Origin: Chiloscyllium plagiosum
Taxonomy: Eukaryota
DNA: 41,305 nucleotides
Assembly (NCBI RefSeq): GCF_004010195.1
Contig: NC_057751.1
Location: 5,216,199 to 5,257,503, forward strand
Direction of reading: 5' to 3'
Shown here piece after piece: positions 9,731-22,216 of this stretch. The notes below the pieces were generated by a model. That model was not told the origin of the DNA, searched no databases, and worked only from the letters and a program-made list of their open reading frames with translations. The first letter of the stretch is position 1. The number at the start of each line of letters is the position of its first letter. Both the position numbers and the translations under genes were made by a program.

Positions 9731-11343
9731 CAGCCTGAATTCTGGATAGCAATGAGGAGACAGTATCCTGAACATTCTGCTGTTTCCACATAAGGTCCAT
9801 TGCAAATCAGAATAGAGACAGCAGCCAGTCAGTCAGTTCAACATCAGGGGCTGGTATCCCGCAAGCAGTTTTACAACTACCAGGAGGGTGGGGGGATAAC
9901 ACTAAGCTCTGGGCAGCAATCCCCACAGATTTCAAACCCAAACCCTTGTGTTAGACTCTTTCCCTGACTTCCTTCTCCAGTGCCCTGGGCCTTCACAGTC
10001 TCCCATTAAAGCTGCCAATCTAACCCAGCATCAAGCTTGTCTGCTTCCTGTACTGTGAGGTGCTGGTAAAGTAACACTGCTTCCCAGTGAATAGGGCTGC
10101 AGTGGCTCACAGCTGCAGGTTACCACTAAACAACTGAGGTGTGGTGAGGCTGAGGTTAAACCACTGCCATTGTCTCTCCCCGTCCCTCTCTCGCTCTGTC
10201 AAATGAGAGAACAGCCCTCTGGGACTATAGTGACTGCTCCCCCCACCATACTCAGCAGCAATATCTCAGGATTCACTCCGTGCCCTGGGTTCAGGGGGGT
10301 CTCTGTTACTGACACAGTTCAGATGCCATGGCCATGGTCGGTACCCTGTACTTGGCCCTTCTGTAAAGGGCATTGGCACCTCTGAGACAGCCTACACGAT
10401 CAAGGCAAGTCCAGCCTTTCAGCTGTTTGTCAGGCTGTACGCAGGGCTATGGACATAACCCACAGTGTGTCCAGGCTGGAGCTTGTGAGGAGGGGGGAAT
10501 GGATATTGGAGCCTCAAACACATCGCACTCAGCTGCTGTCTTATAAGGAAGAGGTCTGCACTGTGTCTCACTAACAGGACAGCCTCCCCTCTCCCTATCT
10601 CCTGGAAAAATCGATGGACGCGTTTCCAAGGGAGAATTCCGATGCAGTGCCATCAGAGTTGTCCGAGCCAATCCCAGTGTGGGAGGGTGTCAGCGTGACA
10701 TTCCAGGTGTCAGCAACACAATGCCAAGTGTGACAGTGACAAGACAGCAGATAAGAGCCGTCGGGAACATCTCTGCAGCATCACCAAACCAGGCACAAGG
10801 ACTCACAAGGACATTCTTCACACAGACGTTATCAAAGGCCTGAAGTGACAACTCTCTCAGCTCTGCCCAGTGAAAACGCCAGGCAAATTGACAGCTAGCT
10901 TGGTCCATCTGACCACAAGCGACCCCTCTCTCTCTGTCTCTCCATCTCTCCTTCTCTCTCTCTGTCTTCTCTGACCCCAGCTGGCCAAGTGCTTGAGGCA
11001 CCATATCTAAAATCCAGACAAGTGCTGGTCGGACTGACCTTTACACTGGGCACAGGTGAGATGTTTTGTTGGAAACTGGGAGAAAAACACAGGCTGTATT
11101 GACTGACAACAGCCTGTCATTTGCCTGTTTTGGCAGCGGCCAATTCGTTGCCTGTCAGATCTTCCCATTGGATGCTGTGAGTTTCTCATCCATGTTCATT
11201 GCTGACCTCCTGTTCAAACACTAGGTCTCACTCTGGAAAGGAAGTCACGGGGATCTGTGGTTGGTACAGGCTCTGGGTCAGGCTCCTGTCGTATGGATGG
11301 GACTGGATCCAAATAGTTTCAGCCTCTGCAATGCCCCCTCAGG

Positions 11344-11858
11344 CATACAGATGTACAGCAAGAAAACAGATCTTTCACTCCAACTCGTCCATGCTGACCA
11401 GATAGCCTCAATTCATCTCGTCCTATTTGCCAGCCCTTGGCCCATATCTTTCTAAACCCTTCCTATTCACATACCCATCCAGATGCCTTTTATATGTACC
11501 AGCCTCCACCACTTCCTCTGGCAGCTCATTCCATAGACACACACACACCACTCTCTGTGTGACTTGTAAGTCCCTTTTAAATCTTTCCCCTCTCACCTTA
11601 AACTGATGCCCTGCAGTTTTGGAAAACGACCTTGTTTATTTACCCTATCCATGCCCCTCATAATTTTATAAACCTCTATAAGGCCAACCCTCAGCCTCCG
11701 CTCCAGGGAAAACAGACCCAGCCTCTCCCTGTGGCTCAAATCCTCCAACCCTGGCAACATCCTTGTAAATCTTTTCTGAACCTTTCAAGTTTCACAACAC
11801 CTTCTGATAGGTGGGAGACCAGAATTGCACGTAATATTCCAACAATGGCCTAACCAAT
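11344..11858 (-). mobile_element. CR1-type LINE 3' fragment (host of the nested insertion; resumes at 15381-15424)
   Basis: Homologous to 28936-29560. It breaks at cctaaccaat and continues as aatgtcctgtac at 15381. Confidence 0.85.
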
Positions 11859-14800
11859 TCTTAAGGGGGAGGGTGAACAACCAGAAATCCTGGTACATAT
11901 CAGTACCAATGACATAGCTAGGGAAAGGGATGAGGACCTGACAAGTGAATATAGGGAGTTAGGTTGGAAGCTAAAAGGCAGGACAAGTAGAGTAGTAATC
12001 TCAGGATTACTACAGTGCCTTGGGCTAGTGAGGCTAGGAACAGAGAGTGAGTGCAGCTGAACATGTGGCTGCAGAGCTGGTGTAGGAAGGAGGGCTTCAG
12101 ATATGTGGATCATTGGGATACCATCTGGGGAAGGTGGGACCTGTACAAGGAGGATGGATTGTACCTGAACTGGAGGGGTACCAATATCCTGGGCAGGAGG
12201 TTTGCTAGAGCTCTTCAGGAGGGTTGAAACTAGTTTGTCAGGAGAATGGAAACCGGAGCTATGGATCAGAGGATAAGGTAGCTGGTCAACAGGCAGGTAC
12301 AGTGTGTAGAGAGTCTGTGACGAAGGATGGACAGTTGATACGGCCAAGATGCAGTCAGTGTGATGGGTTGAAGTGTGTCTATTCTAACACAAGAAGTGTC
12401 AGGAATAAGGGGGATAAACTTGGAGCATGGATCGTGACTTGGAGCTACCATGTTGGGGCCATTGTGGAGACTTGGGATATCACAGGGACAGGAATGGTTG
12501 TTGGATGTTTCAAAACGGATAGGGAGGTGGGAGAGTGGCATTGCTAATCAGTGATAGTGTCAGAGCTGTAGAAAGGGACATCATCGAGGAGGTTTTGTCT
12601 GCAGAGTCAGTACAGGTGCAAGTCAGAAACAGGAAAGGAGCAGTCACTTTATTGGGAGTTTTCTATAGATTCCCCCCAATAGTAACAGATTGGGAGGCAG
12701 ATTTTCAAAAGGTGCAGAAGTAACAGGGTTGTTGTCATGGGTGACTTTAACATCCCAAATATTGATTGGAACCTCCTTAGTTCAAATAGTTTGGATGGAG
12801 CAGATCGTGTGCTGCTGGAAAAGCGCACATTTTCGGCTCTGATCTCCAGCATCTGCAGTCCTCACTTTCTCCTCCATGGAGCAGATCTTGTCATGTGTGT
12901 CCAGGAAGGGTTCCTGATGCAATATGTAGATAGGCTGACTAGAGGGGAGGCCATATTGGCAACAAACCATGCCAGGTGTCAGATCTCTCAGTGAGACAGC
13001 ATTTCAGTGACAGTGACCTTTACTGTGGTTATGGAGAGAGGTCTGAGCAGATAGTATAGGAATGTATTTAATTGGGAGAGGGGGAATTACAATGCCATTG
13101 GGCATAAATTGGGAACAGATGTTCTCAGGGAAATGCATGACAAAAATGTGGAGGTTGTTGAGGAATCACTTGCTGATAGTGCTGGACAGGTTTGTCCCAC
13201 TGAGGCATGGAAGGGATGGGAGGGTGAAGGAACCTTGGATGACAAGAGATGTGGAACATCTAGTCAAGAGGAAGAAGGAAGCTTACTTAATGTTGAGGAG
13301 GCAAGGATCCGACAGGGCTCTAGAGAGTTACAAGGTAACCAGGAAGGAACTGAAGAATGGACTTAGGAGAGCTGGACGGGAGCATGAAAAAGCTTTAGAG
13401 GATAGGATTAAGGAAAATCCTAAGGCAATCTTATGTGAGGAACAAGAGGATGGCCAGAGTGAGGGTAGGGCCAGTCAGGGGTAGTGGAGGGAGCTTGACC
13501 CTGGAGTTGGAGGAGGCAGTGGAGGTTCTGAGTGAACACTGTGCTTCAGTATTCACTACTGAGAGGGACCTTGTTGTTTGTGAGGACAGCGTGAAACAGG
13601 CTGATATACCCAAACAGGTTGATGTTAAGAAGGAGGATGTGCTGGAAATTATGAAAAACATACAGATAGATAAGTCTCCTGGGCCAGATGAGATATGCCC
13701 AAGGTTGCTATGGAATGTGAGGGAAGAGATTGCTGCACCTTTGGTGATGATCTTTGCACTCGTGCTATCCACTAGACTAGCGTCAGATGATGGAGGGTGG
13801 CAAATATTATTCCCTTGGTAAAGAAAGGGAGTAGAGATAATCCAGTCAGTCTTATATTAGTGGTGAGCAAAGTATTGGAGAGGATTATGAAAGACAGTAT
13901 TTATGATTACTTAGAAAACCATAGCTTGATTAGAAACAGTCAGCATGGCTTTGTGAGGGGCAAGGTCATGCCTCACAAGTCTTACTGAATTCTTTGAGGA
14001 TGTGACAAAACCCATTGATGAAGGTAGAGCAGTGGTTGTGGTGTATATGGATTTTAACAATGCGTTTGATATGGTTCCCCATGGTAGACCCATTCAGAAG
14101 GTAAGGATGCATGGGATACAAGGAAATATGACTGCCTGGATACAGAATTGGCTGGCTCATAGAAGACTGAGAATTGTTGTAGGTGTATAATATTCAGCCT
14201 GGAGCTNNNNNNNNNNNNNNNNNNNNNNNNNNNNNNNNNNNNNNNNNNNNNNNNNNNNNNNNNNNNNNNNNNNNNNNNNNNNNNNNNNNNNNNNNNNNNN
14301 NNNNNNNNNNNNNNNNNNNNNNNNNNNNNNNNNNNNNNNNNNNNNNNNNNNNNNNNNNNNNNNNNNNNNNNNNNNNNNNNNNNNNNNNNNNNNNNNNNNN
14401 NNNNNNNNNNNNNNNNNNNNNNNNNNNNNNNNNNNNNNNNNNNNNNNNNNNNNNNNNNNNNNNNNNNNNNNNNNNNNNNNNNNNNNNNNNNNNNNNNNNN
14501 NNNNNNNNNNNNNNNNNNNTGTTGTAGGTTGCAACGAGACATTGACAGGATGCAGAACCCAGCTGAGAAGTGGCAGATGGAGTTCAACCTGGAAAAGGGT
14601 GAAGTGATTCATTTTGGAAGGTTAAATTTGAATGCAGAATACAGGATTAAAGGCAGGATTCATGGAAGTGTGGAGGAACAGAGGGATCTTGGGATCCATG
14701 TCCAGAGATCCCTCCAAGTTGCCACCCAAGTTGATGGGATTGCTAAGATGATGCATGGTGTGTTGGCTTTCATTAGCAGGGGGATTGAGTTTAAGTACCA

Positions 14801-15380
14801 TGAGGTTATGCTGTTACTGTGTAAAGCCCTGGTTAGACCACACTTGGAATATTGTGTTCAGTTCTGGTTGCCTCATTATAGGAAGGATGTGGAAGCTTTA
14901 GAGAGGGTGCAGAGGTGATTTACCAGGATACTGCCTGGAATGGAGGGAATGTCTCATGGAGAAAGGTTGAAGGAGCTAGGGCTTTTCTCATTGGAGTGAA
15001 GAAGGGTGAGAGGTGACTTGACAGAGATGTACAAGATGATCAGAGGCACAGATAGAGTGGGTAGCCAGAGACTGTTTCCCAGAGTGGAACTGACTATTAC
15101 GAGGGGACAGAATGTTAAGGTGATTGGAGGAAGGTTTCGGGGAGATGTCAGAGGTCAGTTCTTCACACACACAGTGATGGGTGCATGGAATGCACTGTCA
15201 GTGATGGTAATAGAGTCAGATCCATTCGGGATTTTTAAGGGACTCTTGGATAAGCACATGGATGGGAGTAAAATGGAGGGTATGTCGGTTAGTCTGATCT
15301 TACAGGAGGATAAAAGGTCAGTACAACATCAGGGGGCAAAGGGCCTGTACTGTGCTGGACTGTTCTATGTTCTATATTCT
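11859..15380 (+). mobile_element. 5'-truncated, inactivated CR1-type LINE (ORF1 esterase C-terminus plus APE endonuclease/reverse transcriptase ORF2)
   Basis: ORF1-like residues ILVHISTND..., RVVISGLL, DGLYLNWRGTNIL (SGNH/GDSL esterase). APE motifs N.RSVRNK...ETW and MGDFN.PNIDW. RT motifs SPGPD, SQHGF, YMDF..AFD.VPH; C-terminal ALVRPHLEYCVQFW. Tail ttctatgttctatattct. Multiple stops and frameshifts; 313-N gap at 14207-14519. Confidence 0.92.
12807..12875. mobile_element. 69-bp PLE-end insertion inside the CR1 endonuclease domain
   Basis: 12-bp TSD atggagcagatc at 12795-12806 and 12876-12887. The first ~20 nt are inverted relative to the tail segment. Confidence 0.85.
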
Positions 15381-15999
15381 AATGTCCTGTACAAATGCAA
15401 CGCAACCTCCCAAATCCTGTAATCTACCCTCACTAACCTATCTACTTTTCAAGGCACGAGGAACCTGCAATCCCAGGTCTATCTGTATTGGGAGGGGACT
15501 CTCTGCCTGACCCTGAATTTGATGCCAATGCCTTGGCAATGAATAAGTTAAAAATGCCGACACTGACATTCTCACGTATAAGGGCAAGTGGTGACGTGAA
15601 CAACAACAATAGGAAGTGCGAATGACTTCAAGGAAATCCTTCCTCAAGGATAATTTCCTTAATGCCTTGATCTGGTGTGTAAACAGTACATTAACGCTCA
15701 TGCCAAGATGATGGAGCGCTGAGTGAAATTAGAAGATGCTATGATAGACTTGATTGTAGGAGGTACCACCCATTTCAGTGATGGTCTCACTGCTCCTGTG
15801 ACCACTTGCTTTGAGTTCAGTACATTCAGTATTCTGAAGGAGAATTTCAGTGTCAGTCAGTGTGACTGAGTGAGTGAGTGATGAAGCATAACGTGGGTAC
15901 ATGTGAGGTTTTTGACTGTTGTGGTAGGAATAGGAAGGCAGATTATCATCTGATTGATGATAGATTGGGGACATGGCAGGTGTTCCTTTACACTGAAGC

Positions 16000-16525
16000 G
16001 AAGCTGGCAATGACAAAAGCCTCCATAGTGAGAGGATTCGAGTACAGGAGCATGGAAGCCTTCCTGCAATTGGACAGGACATGGGTGAGCCCACAGCAGG
16101 AGTGTTGTGTGCAGTTTTGGTCTCCTTACCTGAGGGAGGATGTATGGTGATGTCAGTGAAGGTTTACCAGACTGAGTCCTGGGATGGCAGGAAGGGAGAC
16201 TGGATCAGTTAGGACCATACTCACTGGTGTTGAGGAGAATGGAGGTGGTGGGGGGGGGAATCTCATACAAAACAACTGATCAAAAACTAATGTCCTGTAA
16301 CAAGGTAAACATAGGATGGATGTTCCTGCTGAGCAGGGGGTCCAGATCCAGGGCTCACAGTCTGAGGACACAGCGTAGGACTGAGCTGTGGAGAAATGTC
16401 TTCACCCAGAGAGTGGGGAGCCTGTGGGATTCACTGTCACTGAAAGAGTTTGAGGCTGAAACATTGAATGTTATCAAGAAGGAGTTAGATGTAGTTCATT
16501 GGGCTAAAGGCATCATGGGATAGAT
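16000..16525 (+). mobile_element. Degraded CR1-type LINE 3' fragment
   Basis: RGFEYRS...VSPQQECCVQFWSPYL and RNVFTQRVGSLWDSL remnants. Confidence 0.8.
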
Positions 16526-17050
16526 TATGTATCTGCAGCTGACTGATGACACAGATTCTGTCACCTTTGTGGTTGACCCATGATTGACCCATACTCAAAT
16601 ACATCCACACTTGGGATAAATAAATAGCTGGCTTGAAGGAGATCGGAATTTGGATGATCTTGCATGGTCTTAGACTGGACATTCCTCCAAGAGAGGGCCA
16701 TTGTAGGAAGAGTGGGTGAAGCAGACCTAACGGTCCCCAGTTAACCCTTTCAGCCCAATGGCTTTCTGCAAGACTGAAAGCATTAATCTGGTTCTCTGAG
16801 CTCGAATCCACTGACTGTCACCCTCGACATCACTCCCTCATGAAATCTCTCTCACTTTGATGAATAGGAAAGTAGTGACTAGTCCATGGTGAAGTTTCTT
16901 TCTGGAACATTGCCTTGGGCTACTATTGATGTGTCTCTACCCCCTGTGGAGGTGTGAATGAAGGTTAAAAAATATGGTTCGGTTACTGCTGAGGGCAATG
17001 TCTGAGCCAATGCTAATCTCAGTTGAACAAACCCCATCAACAATGGCATC

Positions 17051-17270
17051 CTGAAATAAGTGGACAGAGGCTGCTATCCTGTCATCAAGTCACCCTTTAT
17101 TTATCTGTGCACAGTACACTGGCTGTGGTCAGTTCCTGGACTGAGGACGCTCTGACCCTCCTGTTTCTCCTGTGTCAGCCAGGGCTCCCTGATTGGACCA
17201 GGTTAACAGCCCCCAGGCAGGGATCTCAGAGTCAATCAACTCCATCTGGTTCCAATCAGTAGCCCGGCCT
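17051..17270 (-). mobile_element. Possible solo LTR remnant
   Basis: The minus strand has AATAAAgggtgacttgatgacagg followed ~45 nt later by a ...ttatttCA end, plus CCAAT-type boxes. The 5' boundary is uncertain. Confidence 0.35.
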
Positions 17271-20250
17271 TTGCCAGTCTCGGTGAGGAGAGAATTGTTG
17301 AGTGGGTTTGTCTCCACGTTCTGAGCAGTGTCAGTGTGAAACCCCCAATCGGTAGGTCAGGCCATGGCATTGAGAAATGGCCTCGCGTCTGAAACGATGA
17401 ACCTTCCAACCCTGTGTACAGCAGAGACACCCATAAACAAAGAGATAATCAGCAAACATGTGGGAGCATTTAGAGGAATGCACAACATCCAAACATTCAA
17501 ACAAATCCTGACCTTAAACAAACATCCAATTATATCAATGAGGATGTTTCAGAGGAGAAAGGGGGGGGTGGGTTGGGACAGCCACACCACAGTCAGCCTC
17601 AATTTTCATTCCAAATACACAAGTGTGATTGATGTAATTGACATGGGCAAAACACTCTGCTCATCCAAACACAGATATTCACACAGTGGGTCTGAGCAAT
17701 ACTGTGCCTTGTGGTGCCCTGTACAAACTTTCACCCTGAGTGTTTGTTGCAAAAGTATGGACTGCGAACCAAAATATTTACTTGCTGCAGTAGCTTCCCT
17801 TAAAAGGGACACGTTCATCTTCCCACAGGGTTTTTAACTCCACACTGGCCTGATGGGTTTCAGCTCTTCCTCAAATTCAGGAAGAGACTGCAGTACTGGG
17901 CAGATTTAGTCAAAGCATTATTCCTCCCCCTCCCCCAGCCTTAATCCCAGACCACTCAGCACCAATCGCAGCACACTGCACAGAGCCTTTGTGAATTCCC
18001 ATTGAACAGTCAGGTCTAGCCACAGTTCCTGATCCATCCATTTCAGAAAAGGAGAGCTTTCTGAACCTGGGGGAGTACTGGCTGAAGTTTTCAGAAGGGT
18101 GCGGAGGGCTGTCATTATGAAGCAAGGGGCTGTTGTTGTGTGGTGGGGTGGAGCACATTTTCCAACTGGCTGGTTTGTGACAGGCCATGAAATTGTTCTG
18201 CTAATGTGTATCTGTGTGCATGTGTGTGTATGTATATATGGGTATTTGAGGAGAAAGTTTTTCGGAAGTGGTGGGCCATTCAGCCAAAATCACCATCTGA
18301 CACCACATTCCCCTGATGGAACCAGAAATCTACCATCCCTGCCTTGAACTGACCAATGACTGTGCTCCTACACTTGTCTGTGCCAAAGATTTCCAGCACT
18401 TGCCCAGCCTCTGAGTGAACAGGTTGTTCCTCACCTATTCCGTAATAGCTTGCCTTTAATTCTGATGCTGCACCCCCTCTTCGACACCCTGCAACACCGG
18501 GAACCATCCTTCCGTCATCTACATTCTTCCTTTCCCGAATTTTCTCCACTTCAGTGAGATTGGAAGTGCAGAGATTCTCTGCCCAGTCAGTGTTTGATTG
18601 ATGGGACAGTTTTGCAGCAATGTGCGTGTGTTTTCACTGCCACTTCAGCACAGTCATGCAGGAAGACGTTTCTTGACTCAGCATCTCCCTTACATGTGGT
18701 TTCGGATGATGTTAGGCATGAATTCAGAAGGGCCATGAAGGTTTGCAGCTAAAAATAGCACCCCACCAAAATGCAGTAGCATTTACCTAAGTTCGCAGGC
18801 AAATAATGGGAACCTTTCTCAGCGTTAGCCTCACCCACTTGACAGTATGAGCAAGCAAGCAAGGCCAACATAGGAAGCAAGGTCCACACTGCTGGCAGAT
18901 CTTCCATACAAACAGCTATGTATGACCACTTTAGGTCAAATAAGACACAGAGAATAATCCCATCTCAGCACCAACCAGACAATAGCTTGGAGTTACCAGT
19001 CTCTGTGATGGGAAGGGATATCGGATTAACACGCAAAAGCCAGAGGTCAGGGTTGGGATCCTTTTGACCCTCCCTCTGCCTTGCTCTATTTCCAGATCTC
19101 TCCACCAACTCGCTTGCAAAAAGAGGGACTGAATTGATGGCATTTGGAGTTGGGAGTAAGTTGGAAGACCCTGCAGAGTGACGTGTGGCCCTTTATTTTC
19201 CTGAGAGCTGCTCGGATGTGTTGGTGATGGTTTGGAGGATTGAGTTCAGCACTGACAAGAGGCAGGTAATGTGTCAGTGGAAGGAGCTAACCGGGAGGAA
19301 CAGGAACGTGGATTCATTGGTCAAGATACTGCAGGAAAGGTCATTCAATGTGCCTCAATACAAGGCACATTACAGCAACTCACCAAGCCTCAGTTATCCT
19401 CACCGTCTGACCTCGCCTCTCCCACCTGGAAAGACAAAGGCAGCAGATCCCTCCCGAACACTGCTGGCCCAGCTCTGAGCCACACGCTGTCCTGACTTCC
19501 AAATAATTCAGCTCTTCCTTCCCTGTCTCTGAGTCAAGATCACCACTGCTTTCTCATGGACAGTTTGTGTGGGTAAGAAATGCTAGCCTCACCAAGCCCC
19601 ACCAGACATCCTCAAGCTGACTGTGGTTTCCATCCACTTCCTTGTATCTAATAGGTTCCCTCCATCACCCACTTTGCTCAGAGATGTTTCCATCTGTCTA
19701 TTCTCTTGTCCCGCTTTCCTATTCAATGGTCATCCCTCAGTTTGCCTCAAACCAACACCTCCCATCCATTTGTTCAAAACATGATGTTCCCTTATCCCAT
19801 GGGGGTTGACTCCATTCAAACACAGAAGATCATGAGGGGACTGGATGGTGAGGTGGTCTACTACTCTTGTGGGAGAGTCTAGAACTGGGGGCTACAGGTC
19901 AGAAATAAAGTGGCGGGGGGGTACCCATTTAAGGCAGAGGTGAGGAAACAGTTTCTATTCTCTCAGTGGGTTGAAAGTCTTTGGAAACCCCTCTTTCCAA
20001 AGGCAGTGACCAGAGAATAATCTGTCAATGACGTTTGGGCAGAGGTGGATAGATTTGTGAGGACCAAGAGGATGAAAGATGATCAGGGATAGGCAGGAAT
20101 GAAGAGTGGAGGGCCGAATGGCCTACTCTTCTTCCCCGTTTGCAGTTTCTCATTCCTGTGTCCCACAGGAGGGAGGGAGAGGGCTGGTTGGTTGCAGGAA
20201 GACAGTGGATTACTGTGAAGGTACATGGTCTCCAGCAGACTGCCTTGCCC

Positions 20251-20894
20251 ATAGAACATAGAACAATGTTGTGCCGAACATTTGTCCTAGCTTAAGCACC
20301 CATCCATGTACCTATCCAATTGCCGCTTAAAGGTCGCCAATGATTCTGACTCTGCCACTCCCACAGGCAGCGCATTCCATGCCCCCACCACTCTCTGGGT
20401 AAAGAACCCACCCCTGACATCTCCCCTATACCTTCCACCCTTCACCTTAAATTTATGTCCCCTTGTAACACTCTGTTGCACCCGGGGAAAAAGTTTCTGA
20501 CTGTCTACTCTATCTATTCCTCTGATCATTTTATAAACCTCTATCAAGTCACCCCTCATCCTTTGCCGTTCCAACGAGAAAAGGCCTAGCGCTCTCAACC
20601 TATCCTCGTACGACCTGTTCTCCATTCCAGGCAACATCCTGGTAAATCTTCTCTGCACCCTCTCCAAAGCTTCCACATCTTTCCTAAAGTGAGGCGACCA
20701 GAACTGCACACAGTACTCCAAATGTGGCCTAACCAAAGTCCTGTACAGCTGTAACATCACTTCACGACTCTTGAATTCAATCCCTCTGCGAATGAAGGCT
20801 AATACACCATAGGCCGTCTTACAAGCTCTATCCACCTGAGTGGCAACTTTCAAAGATCAATGAACATAGACCCCAAGATCCCTCTGCTCCTCCA
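20251..20894 (-). mobile_element. Young 5'-truncated CR1-type LINE with uninterrupted ORF2 C-terminus
   Basis: 188-aa stop-free ORF 20853-20287 (LYRTLVRPHLEYCVQFWSPH...RGDLIEVYK...FFTQRVV..WNALP), with a (gttctat)n tail at 20251-20264. Confidence 0.92.
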
Positions 20895-22216
20895 CCTTAC
20901 TAAGAACCCTACCATGGTTGGGTTTTTTCTCCCTGGGTCTGCTCAATTCCCCAGTCACGGGGATCCAGCGTGGGCTGCTGAGGGACAGCAGGGAGTAGAG
21001 GAATGGGCGTACATCTCACACAGTGTGGGTTCCCCAGGGCAGCCATGCACAGAATCCTAGCCCCCATTGCACCCTACAACACCCTCCCTCCCTCACTCAG
21101 CATCTTCTGCAGGAACTGACATCACAGTAGCCACTCCCCTGGACGGGCATTTGTCCACCAGCAGGGAGATCCCGCACACACCTCTCCAACCGATCCCTGA
21201 AAGGATCCTGAAATGATCAGCTTGGAGGAGGAGAGTGGGGACTGGCTTTTTAAACATGGTTGACCCAGCCACCTTCCATCTAGTTGAAAGCACTGATGTC
21301 TGACTGGATCCACTCAGGGGCAGTGTAGTGGGAGGGCAGGAATTCCATTAAAATGGAATTGGGGGGGAATCTCCAACCTTCAGGGGAGTCGTCCTCCTCT
21401 CTCTCTCTCTCTCTCTCTCGTGGCTTGTAAGACATTGCATGCTCCCTCACCAAGTGTGCCCAGACACAAATGCAGGCACAGAACAGGGAACTGTGACCCC
21501 CGTTTGCAGCATCTCTTCCCATTCGACACTTATCCTGATGAACCTGTCCAGAGATGCTATTCCAGATCATTGGAACAGGCCTGAACCCAGGCCTCCTGTC
21601 TCAGAGACTGGGACACTACCACTGCACCACTCCAAGTGCTTGATACCATGCAGTTAGTATCCAGAGAAGGAGAGGCATGGTCCCTTTTAGCTGTGTGCTC
21701 CCTGTGTGCAGTGTCACCACCACAGGATACAGGGAGCTGTGCCAGGAGGATGGAGTGGGGTGGTGCTGTGTGTTAGTGCCACCTTCAGACTCAACAACAA
21801 GCAGGTCCATTCAGGGTGAGTGTGGTAACAGCACATCACCAACCCATCCTGCAGAGGGAGACAGAGCAAACACATACAGGAGTAGGCCATTCGGCCCTTT
21901 GAGACTGCTCTGCTGTTCACCATGATCCTCTAATCTTTCCATTCCAAATTTTTTCACATCTCCTCTTGACCCCCTTTTAACCCAAGAAAACCATCTGGGC
22001 GGGTATATGAATAGGAAGGGTCGAGAGGGATAGGGGCCAAGTGCTGACAAATAGGACTAGTTTGGGTTGGGATATCTGGTCAGCATGGACGAGTTGGACC
22101 GAAGGATCTGTTTCTGTGCTGTACACCACTGTGACTCTATAATTATATCAAACCCATTCTGAAATGTGATGTAGCCATGAGTAGACTATACCTCACATAG
22201 AATTTTCTAAAACTTG

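Noticed and set aside
9211..9805. Cys/Val- or His/Thr-rich ORFs
   Set aside because: Translation of a TG microsatellite.
15628..15670. Imperfect inverted repeat aaggaaat...atttcctt
   Set aside because: Short and bulged, with no accompanying terminal-repeat/TSD or ncRNA features; could be chance.
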